Below are positions 8,141 through 15,136 of a DNA stretch of 24,268 nt, piece by piece. Every line of letters begins with the position of its first letter. Position 1 is the first letter of the stretch. Made by a program: the position numbers and the translations under genes. Location of the stretch: assembly GCA_049512315.1 (NCBI GenBank), contig JBEKXF010000013.1, positions 62,001-86,268 of the forward strand, given 5' to 3'. Under the pieces are notes generated by a model. That model was not told the DNA's origin. It worked only from the letters and a program-made list of their open reading frames with translations, and did not search any database. Source of the DNA: Candidatus Aminicenantales bacterium (GTDB lineage: Bacteria; Acidobacteriota; Aminicenantia; Aminicenantales; Saccharicenantaceae).

Positions 8141-9151
8141 ATGCCCGTCCCGAGCCTCGTCTTCGTCGTCTTCATCATCCTGGTCGCGCTGGCCTTTGAT
8201 TTCACCAACGGCATGCACGACTCCGCCAACTCCATCGCCACGGTCGTTTCGACCCGGGTCCTGACTCCTCGTCAGGCGGTCGTCTGGGCGGCCTTCTTCA
8301 ACTTCGCAGCGTTTTTCATTTTCGGAACGGCGGTCGCCCACACAATCGGCGCCGGGATGATCGACCTTGCCATCGTGACACCGCTGGTCATCTTCGCCGC
8401 GATCCTGGGCGCCATCTGTTGGAACCTCCTGACCTGGCTTCTTGGACTTCCGACGAGCTCCTCACACGCTCTCATCGGCGGCTACGCCGGCGCCGCCATC
8501 GTCAAGGCCGGACCGGGCGTCATCATCGTCCCCGGCTGGGTCAAGACCATCGTTTTCATCTTCGTGGCCCCGCTCCTCGGGATGTTGCTCGGCGTTTTCT
8601 TCACCTGGGTCACGGTCTGGATCGTCCGGAAGAAACATCCCGCCCGGATCAACCGCTCGTTCCGGCGGCTCCAACTCATCTCGGCCTGCCTCTACAGCCT
8701 TGGTCACGGGGGCAACGACGCCCAGAAGACCATGGGGATCATCAGCAGCCTCCTCTTTTCGGCCGGGATCATCAAGACGTTCCATATTCCTTTCTGGGTG
8801 GCCATCGCCGCTTATACAGCCATCGCCGCGGGGACGCTTTCGGGCGGCTGGCGGATCGTCAAGACCATGGGCCAGAAGATCACGAAGCTGCGCCCGATCG
8901 ACGGCTTCTGCGCCGAGACGGCGAGCGCCATGAGCATCTTCCTGGCCACCCACATGGGCGTCCCCGTCAGCACGACCCATGTCATCACCGGGGCCATCTC
9001 GGGCGTGGGCGCCACCAAGCGGATGTCCGCCGTCCGCTGGGGGGTCACCCTCAAGATCGTCTGGTCCTGGATCTTTACCATCCCCGGCGCGGCCCTGATC
9101 GGCGGCGGGCTCTATTTCCTCTTCCAGTTGATCAGCAAGAATCCGATCTAA
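8141..9151 (+). CDS. pit: Inorganic phosphate transporter, PiT family
   Basis: FDFTNGMHDSANSIAT, GLPTSSSHALIGG, HGGNDAQKTMG, GGWRIVKTMG, GVPVSTTH signature motifs. Confidence 0.97.
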   Translation: MPVPSLVFVVFIILVALAFDFTNGMHDSANSIATVVSTRVLTPRQAVVWAAFFNFAAFFIFGTAVAHTIGAGMIDLAIVTPLVIFAAILGAICWNLLTWLLGLPTSSSHALIGGYAGAAIVKAGPGVIIVPGWVKTIVFIFVAPLLGMLLGVFFTWVTVWIVRKKHPARINRSFRRLQLISACLYSLGHGGNDAQKTMGIISSLLFSAGIIKTFHIPFWVAIAAYTAIAAGTLSGGWRIVKTMGQKITKLRPIDGFCAETASAMSIFLATHMGVPVSTTHVITGAISGVGATKRMSAVRWGVTLKIVWSWIFTIPGAALIGGGLYFLFQLISKNPI

Positions 9152-9160
9152 TTTGGTTCT

Positions 9161-9317
9161 AATTCGGCGACACACAACTAAATACACCTAATCATTTCCG
9201 GTTATCTCCGTATAAATTTCCGCGACACGACCAAGCACACTTGGCTTGGTTGTTAGGATCCAGGGCGAAACAGGCCATTCAGCGAATTGAGGTACTTAGT
9301 TGTGTGTCACCGAAATT
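9161..9317. repeat. Inverted-repeat-bounded ~155 bp AT-richer intergenic element (MITE/REPIN-like)
   Basis: TTCGGCGACACACAACTAAATAC (9163-9185) is the reverse complement of GTACTTAGTTGTGTGTCACCGAA (9292-9314) at 21/23 positions; both ends lie at AATT. Confidence 0.7.
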
Positions 9318-9344
9318 GACAGGGAACAGGGTTTGGGCTACATT
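9316..9344 (+). promoter_or_regulatory. Putative sigma70 promoter of the DUF6599-like gene
   Basis: TTGACA (9316-9321), 17 bp spacer, TACATT (9339-9344), ending 10 nt before ATG 9355. Confidence 0.65.
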
Positions 9345-9354
9345 TCGGGCCACG

Positions 9355-10419
9355 ATGCGGTCCCTCATCGCCTGTCTCATTGTCCTCGGCCTCCTGCCTC
9401 CTCTGGCCGCCGCCGCCGCCGCGGACGCGGGCGCCGACATCGCCCGTTTCCTGCCGAATGAGATCGCCGGCTGGAAGCCATCCCGAGAGGACAGGGCCTT
9501 CACCCGGGACACGATCTTCGAGTACCTGGACGGGGGCGGCGAGACCTATCTCGGCTACGGTTTCAGGCGCCTTCTCGTTCGGGAGTATGTCGACGCGGCC
9601 GGCTCCCCGTTAGTCGCGGAGATCTACGACATGGCCAGCGAGGCGGATGCTTACGGCATTTTTTCCGACGATCCGGACGGCGAGGGAGTTCCGGTCGGTC
9701 GCGAGGCCATCTATGGCGGCGGACTCCTGCGTTTCTGGAAGGGCCCCTACTTCGTCAGGCTCCTGGCCGAAAAGGAAACGGGAGAAACGAAGAGTGTTCT
9801 CCTCGGCCTCGGACTCAGGATCGCGGCCGCCATCCCGCAGGGGGGATCGAAGCCCGCCCTCCTCGGCTGCCTGCCCCTGGAGCGGCTGGAAAAAAAGAGC
9901 GTCCGTTATTTCCACAAGCAGGTGTCCCTCAACGCCCACTATTATCTCGCCGACGAGAACGTCCTCCTCCTCGACGAGGGGACCGAAGTCGCCCTCGCCC
10001 GATACAAGGCCGGGTGGGGCAAGGCGATGCTCCTCGTCTGCCGCTACCAGACTGCCGCCGACGCCCGGCGCGCTTACCTGAAGTTCCGGCATGCCTACTT
10101 CTCCCCGGGGGGCGACCCGACCGCGGGGAGGACTGTCGAAATGATCGAGAACGGTGAGTTCGCCGGGGCCCGTCTCACGGGCCCATTTCTCATCCTTGTC
10201 TTCGAATCGCTGGACCAGGAGAGCTGCGAATCCCTCCTGCGGTCCGCCGAAACAAGGATCCAGGAGGTCTTCCCATGGAAAAACTCGTCGCCGCGGAAGG
10301 CGCAAAGGAATTCACCATCCCCGTCATCGTCGGGACCGGGATCGCCTCGAGCGGCGGGCTGTTGGTTTCCGACCGGACACTGGCCCAGCCCAAGAAGGAG
10401 GGCGGGGGCAGCGGCCTGA
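9355..10419 (+). CDS. Secreted DUF6599-like protein (C-terminus probably extended by stop loss)
   Basis: Start at ATG 9355 with signal peptide MRSLIACLIVLGLLPPLAAAAAA; family-type segments LPNEIAGW, TIFEYLDGGGETYLGYGF, EIYDM...DAYGIFS, FWKGPYFVRL, SVRYFH. The final ~45 aa are low-complexity. Confidence 0.75.
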   Translation: MRSLIACLIVLGLLPPLAAAAAADAGADIARFLPNEIAGWKPSREDRAFTRDTIFEYLDGGGETYLGYGFRRLLVREYVDAAGSPLVAEIYDMASEADAYGIFSDDPDGEGVPVGREAIYGGGLLRFWKGPYFVRLLAEKETGETKSVLLGLGLRIAAAIPQGGSKPALLGCLPLERLEKKSVRYFHKQVSLNAHYYLADENVLLLDEGTEVALARYKAGWGKAMLLVCRYQTAADARRAYLKFRHAYFSPGGDPTAGRTVEMIENGEFAGARLTGPFLILVFESLDQESCESLLRSAETRIQEVFPWKNSSPRKAQRNSPSPSSSGPGSPRAAGCWFPTGHWPSPRRRAGAAA

Positions 10420-10428
10420 GCCGCCGGG

Positions 10429-10627
10429 CTACTTGCGCTTGCGGGGCTGCGTCCCGTCGTCACAGGGATCGACGCCCTGGTCGTCTCTCACCATCTCGGC
10501 GTGAGGGGGGGGCGGTACAGAAGGGCAGAGGCTCCATTTCCTTATGGCAACACAGGGGAACCGGTTTCCCTTTTTTGACTTTGGCCTCTTTCCCGCAGAC
10601 CGAACAGAAATACGTCGCTTCGCTCAT
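10429..10627 (-). CDS. Small desulforedoxin-like Cys-rich metal-binding protein, apparently frameshifted at a C8 tract (55 aa as read, 65 aa if corrected)
   Basis: ATG at 10627 with SD TGAGGAG (complement of 10634-10640): MSEATYFCSVCGKEAKVKKGKPVPLCCHKEMEPLPFCTAPP. In-frame TGA at 10462-10460; removing one base of G8 (10505-10512) continues HAEMVRDDQGVDPCDDGTQPRKRK to TAG at 10431-10429. Confidence 0.75.
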
Positions 10628-10667
10628 GTCCGTCTCCTCATTCTGGACTCCGGAGGCTTAGAGAATT

Positions 10668-10696
10668 ATCTTACCACCGCCGGGACCCTTGAGCAA
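10668..10696 (-). promoter_or_regulatory. Putative sigma70 promoter of the small Cys-rich gene
   Basis: Minus strand TTGCTC (10696-10691), 17 bp spacer, TAAGAT (10673-10668). Confidence 0.5.
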
Positions 10697-10856
10697 GACT
10701 GCCGGGGGATACAGCCGCCGGCCTATCGTCATGGGTCTCTGTCTCCCGGCCGGGAGAAGAAAAGCAGGGCCCCGTAATCTCAAGGACGAACCGGGAGACG
10801 AGTCGTCCGCCGGGCCCTGCCCCGGCCGGTCCATGGCCGGGTCTGCCCCCGCGGGT

Positions 10857-10884
10857 TTGACCCCGGGGAGATGACTGTGATAAT
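10857..10884 (+). promoter_or_regulatory. Putative sigma70 promoter of the lipoprotein operon
   Basis: TTGACC (10857-10862), 16 bp spacer, extended -10 TGtGATAAT (10876-10884). Confidence 0.5.
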
Positions 10885-10929
10885 GGATGGGGTGCCGCGT
10901 TCCCCCGAAACTCCGAGAGGAAGAAGATC

Positions 10930-12222
10930 ATGAATATTTTCGAACCCCGGTTGCCCCGGAGATCGCGGAAAATCCTGCTGCCGGCTCTCATCGCCATGCT
11001 GGGCGTCCTTGCGCCGGCCGGCTGTCAGCGGGCCGCGCCGACGCCGGGCCTCCAGTGCAGTCTGCTCGAGCTTCGCCCGAACCCCGTTTCCCACTATTAC
11101 GACGCCGTCGTCCGGCTGGAGGGCGTCACGATCAAGGAGCCGCTCAAGGAGAACTTCCAGGTCATGACCCCCACCTCGGCCTTTGATCTGGGCTCCCTCA
11201 AGTTCACGGTCGAGAGCCGGGACACGGCCCGGCTCGAGCCCGGCGACGTCTTCGTCGTCCCGCTGAAACGGCCCGATTGGAAGTTCTCGATCATGCGGGC
11301 CGACACGGAATACTGCGCCCAGAATTTCCGCGATCGTCTGCCCCCCGAGGACAGGTGGCACCCGACCAAGACCGAGGCCATGGACGTGGCTCGCAGCATC
11401 GAGGTCGTCAACGACCACGGCGCTTCCAAGCCCGTCCCCTCGGTTCTTCCGTCGGAGTGGCGGCTCGTCACTGAAACGGCTCCCATGGCCGACAATCCGG
11501 TCGGCTCATCGCTCTACCAGAAGCTCCGGGGCGGCCGGACCGTGGAGCAAGTGGAGGTCCAGTACGCCCGTCTCACCGAAGAAGAGAAGGCCCAGGTCGC
11601 GGCCGGCTCTTCCACGAGCTTCCTTTCGAGCTGGTCGGAGTGCGCCAAGAGCGGCGGCGCCGCCGCGGACATCGCGGGTCACGCCGCCGTCGCCTGCGAC
11701 TTGGAAGGGGCCGGCGAGTTTGGTTGGACCTATCGTTATTTTTATGTCGACTCCGACCTTGTCGTCGCCGTCGACGTCCAGTCCGACCCGGAAGAGCTCG
11801 GCAAGACCGACCAGGAGAAAGAGCAGGAGCGACGGACCGACCAGGTCTTCCTCCGCTACGGCTACGGGCCGCTGGGCCGGGAGGAATGGCAAGTCATGAT
11901 CGAGCTCCGGATGGACCGGACCGGGACCTTCCACAAGAGGCCCAGGGCCGGAGAGACGGTCGACAAGGACTTCAAGGTCGGCGATGAGGAGTTCGCGGCT
12001 GTCGAAAAGGCCCTCGCGGACAACAATTTCATTCAGCTCGAGTCCCGCTCGGCCGCCGGCCCAGGATTTGAGTCGTTCATCAGCATCCGGGACGGCGGTC
12101 AAGCCCGGACGGTCCAAATGAAGAATGTCCGCGAGCCCCAGTTCGAAAACATCGCGGGCACGATCCGCAGGATCGTGCTGCCCAAGGTGGACGAAAATGC
12201 CATGCAGCCGGCCGTCCGCTGA
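10930..12222 (+). CDS. Hypothetical multidomain lipoprotein
   Basis: SD GAGAGGAAG upstream; basic N-region, hydrophobic core and lipobox ...LGVLAPAG-C; codon usage matches neighbouring genes; no family recognised. Confidence 0.75.
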   Translation: MNIFEPRLPRRSRKILLPALIAMLGVLAPAGCQRAAPTPGLQCSLLELRPNPVSHYYDAVVRLEGVTIKEPLKENFQVMTPTSAFDLGSLKFTVESRDTARLEPGDVFVVPLKRPDWKFSIMRADTEYCAQNFRDRLPPEDRWHPTKTEAMDVARSIEVVNDHGASKPVPSVLPSEWRLVTETAPMADNPVGSSLYQKLRGGRTVEQVEVQYARLTEEEKAQVAAGSSTSFLSSWSECAKSGGAAADIAGHAAVACDLEGAGEFGWTYRYFYVDSDLVVAVDVQSDPEELGKTDQEKEQERRTDQVFLRYGYGPLGREEWQVMIELRMDRTGTFHKRPRAGETVDKDFKVGDEEFAAVEKALADNNFIQLESRSAAGPGFESFISIRDGGQARTVQMKNVREPQFENIAGTIRRIVLPKVDENAMQPAVR

Positions 12223-14920
12223 CCGGCCCGGAAGGAAGGCGGCCCTGTCCGCCACCCTGGCCCTCTTCTTTCTTTGGGGAGCCGCCTCGTGCCGAAAGCC
12301 CGCCCCCCCCGATACCGCGACTGTCGGCCCCGCCGGGCCGAACCGGACGGTCGTGCCGACGAACCAGGTCGTGACGCCTTCCGGGAAGCAGATCCCCTTG
12401 CCGGGGCTCCGTTCCCAAGCCCTTGCCCTCTCGCCCGACGGCCGCCTCCTGGCCGTGTCCGGGAAGACGAGCGAGCTCCTTATCCTCGACCCGGCCGCGG
12501 GCGCCATCCTGCAGCGCGTCGACCTGCCGGCCGAAGGTCCCGTGGGAAGCCCCCCCGAGGCCGCCTCGCCGAACATCCTCGAGCCGGACACCAAGGGCCA
12601 GCTGAGCTACACGGGGCTCGTCTTTTCGCCCGACGGCCGCCGCCTCTGCCTCAGCAACGTCAACGGCAGCGTCAAGGTCTTCGCCGTCGGCGTCGACGGC
12701 GCCGTGAGCCCGCGCCGCTCGCTCCCCCTGCCCGCGGCCAAGGCGCCGCGGCGCACCGAGGAGATCCCGGCCGGCCTGGCCTTCTCCCCCGACGGCCGCA
12801 AGCTCTACGTCTGCGGCAACCTCTCGAACCGCCTTATCGAGATCGACCCCGAGACGGGTGTCGTCTTCCGGACCTTCGAAACGGGCGTCGCTCCGTACGA
12901 CGTCGTCCTGGTTGGAGGCAAGGCCTATGTTTCGAACTGGGGCGGACGCCGGCCCGGGCCGGGCGACCTCACGGGCCCGGCCGGACAGGGGACCGAGGTC
13001 CGGGTCGACGCCGCGAAGCGCATCGCCTCAGAGGGATCGGTGAGCGTCATCGACCTCGCCGGAGGCGCCCAGACAAAGGACATCCTCGTCCACCTCCACT
13101 CCTCGGCCCTCGCCCTTTCGCCCGACTGGCGCTACGTCGTCTGCGCCAACGCCGCAAGCGACAACCTCAGCGTCATCGACACTGCGGCCGACGCCGTCGT
13201 CGAGACGATCTGGGCCAAGGCCGGCCCGGCCGACCTCTTCGGCGCCTCGCCGAACGCCCTGGCCTTCGCCCCGGACGGCCGGACGCTCTACGCCGCGAAC
13301 GGCACCCAGAACGCGGTAGCCGTCGTCGACTTCAAGCCGGCCGCGCGCAAGTCGAAGCTCCGCGGGCTCATCCCGACCGGATGGTTCCCGGGCGCGGTCG
13401 TCTTTGACTCGCGCCGGAACGGGCTCGTCGTGGCCAACGTCAAGGGCCACGCCGTGGAGCCGAAGCCCGACAAATCGACCGGCGGCACGGGTTTCAATTC
13501 CCACCAGTACTATGGTTCCGTCTCCCTGATCCCCATTCCGAAACCGCGAGAACTCAAGCGCATGACGGCCGCCGTCTACGTCAACTACCACCGCGACCGT
13601 GTCGCCCGGGCCGCCGCCAGGCCGCGCCGCAACCAGCCGCCGCGGCCGGTCCCCGAGCGCATCGGCGAGCCGAGCGTCTTCAAGCATGTCGTCTACGTCA
13701 TCAAGGAGAACCGGACTTACGACCAGGTCCTGGGCGACGTCACCACCGGGAACGGCGACCCGAAGCTCGTCCTCTTCGGCGAGCGGGTGACGCCCAACCA
13801 GCACAAGATGGTCCGCGAGTTCGCCCTCCTCGACAACACCTACTGCAGCGGCATCCTGAGCGCCGACGGTCACCAGTGGTCGACGACGGCCTTCGGCACG
13901 GATTACCTGGAGAGGTCGTTCGCCGGCTGGCCGCGGAGCTATCCCGACGGCATGGGCCGGGATGAGGTCGACGCCCTCGCCTACGCCCCGAGCGGCTTCA
14001 TCTGGGACAACGCCCTCCGGCACGGCGTATCCATGTGGAACTTCGGCGAATTCACCATGCACGCCTGCGGCTGGAAGGACAAGACCCGGAAGGGCGACCC
14101 GGCATGGAAAGACTACTGGGACGAGTTCCTCCACGGCCGAGGCGAGGTCATCATCGGCAGCGTTCCCGCGATCGAAACCGTCGCCCCGTTCTCGCCCACC
14201 GACACGCTCGGCTGGAACCTAGATGTCCCGGACGTCTGGCGGGCAAGATACATCACGAACCAGATCGCGGCCTGGGACCGCGACGGCCGGATGCCCCAGC
14301 TCATCCTCATCTGCCTCCCCGACGACCACACGAGCGGCACGCGCGAGGGGTCGCCCACGCCCGAGGCCTCCGCCGCCGACAACGACCTCGCCTTCGGCCG
14401 CATCGTCGAGGCCATCAGCCGCAGCCGGTTCTGGAAGGACACGGTCATCTTCGGCATCGAAGACGACCCGCAGAACGGATTCGACCACGTCAGCGGCTAC
14501 CGGACGACGGCCTACTGCGTCAGCCCCTACATGAAGCGCGGCGCGGTCGTCAGCGCGCAGTACAATACGACGAGCCTCCTGCGGACGATGGAGCAGATCC
14601 TCGGCCTGCCGCCGATGAACCAGTTCGACGCCGCGGCGACGCCCATGTTCGACTGCTTCACCGACGTCCCAGATTTCCGGCCGTTCGAGGCCGTGGCCAA
14701 CAACGTCCCGCTCGACACGATGAACCCGCCGGCGAAGACGATCGCCGACGCCGGGCTCCGCCGCGACGCCCTCCGCTCCGCACGCCTCGATCTCCGGAAG
14801 GCGGACGCGTGCCCGGAGGACCTGCTCAACCGCATCCTCTGGCAGGCCGTGAAGGGCGTCGCCGTGCCGTATCCGGCCTGGGCGGTGACGCTCCGACCCG
14901 AGAATGACGACGACGATTGA
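12197..14920 (+). CDS. Bifunctional YncE/YVTN beta-propeller plus alkaline-phosphatase-superfamily phosphoesterase lipoprotein
   Basis: Start at ATG 12197 (AAGGTGG upstream), lipobox LWGAAS-C; repeated LALSPDG/LAFSPDG propeller blades; KHVVYVIKENRTYDQVLGD, SADGHQW, LPDDHTSG, DNDLAFGRIVEAIS, EDDPQNGFDHVSGYR. Confidence 0.92.
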   Translation: MPCSRPSADRPGRKAALSATLALFFLWGAASCRKPAPPDTATVGPAGPNRTVVPTNQVVTPSGKQIPLPGLRSQALALSPDGRLLAVSGKTSELLILDPAAGAILQRVDLPAEGPVGSPPEAASPNILEPDTKGQLSYTGLVFSPDGRRLCLSNVNGSVKVFAVGVDGAVSPRRSLPLPAAKAPRRTEEIPAGLAFSPDGRKLYVCGNLSNRLIEIDPETGVVFRTFETGVAPYDVVLVGGKAYVSNWGGRRPGPGDLTGPAGQGTEVRVDAAKRIASEGSVSVIDLAGGAQTKDILVHLHSSALALSPDWRYVVCANAASDNLSVIDTAADAVVETIWAKAGPADLFGASPNALAFAPDGRTLYAANGTQNAVAVVDFKPAARKSKLRGLIPTGWFPGAVVFDSRRNGLVVANVKGHAVEPKPDKSTGGTGFNSHQYYGSVSLIPIPKPRELKRMTAAVYVNYHRDRVARAAARPRRNQPPRPVPERIGEPSVFKHVVYVIKENRTYDQVLGDVTTGNGDPKLVLFGERVTPNQHKMVREFALLDNTYCSGILSADGHQWSTTAFGTDYLERSFAGWPRSYPDGMGRDEVDALAYAPSGFIWDNALRHGVSMWNFGEFTMHACGWKDKTRKGDPAWKDYWDEFLHGRGEVIIGSVPAIETVAPFSPTDTLGWNLDVPDVWRARYITNQIAAWDRDGRMPQLILICLPDDHTSGTREGSPTPEASAADNDLAFGRIVEAISRSRFWKDTVIFGIEDDPQNGFDHVSGYRTTAYCVSPYMKRGAVVSAQYNTTSLLRTMEQILGLPPMNQFDAAATPMFDCFTDVPDFRPFEAVANNVPLDTMNPPAKTIADAGLRRDALRSARLDLRKADACPEDLLNRILWQAVKGVAVPYPAWAVTLRPENDDDD

Positions 14921-15043
14921 CCCTTATCAAAAGGGGCCTGCGAACCAAAACCCGGCCCGCTATTGATCATGCCATTGGCCTGCCCGCCGTTTACCATCCG
15001 GGGCTCGATCTTGGGCTTGTCGGAGATGATTCGATTCGGGCTA

Positions 15044-15117
15044 TTTACTTTTTGGGATTTATTATTTATATTTCCCAGACGATCAACATCCTAGAGTCTG
15101 CATGTCCGGACAGACTC
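15044..15117 (+). promoter_or_regulatory. Putative promoter plus palindromic operator or leader hairpin of the symporter
   Basis: TTTACT (15044-15049), 17 bp spacer, TATATT (15067-15072); inverted repeat GAGTCTG-catgtccgga-CAGACTC at 15094-15117. Confidence 0.45.
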
Positions 15118-15136
15118 ATGAAGTGAGAGGACTCAC

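Noticed and set aside
9161..9317. CRISPR mini-array or tRNA interpretation of the intergenic repeats
   Set aside because: The main repeats are inverted rather than direct, there are no regular spacers or cas genes, and no cloverleaf or T-loop motif is present.
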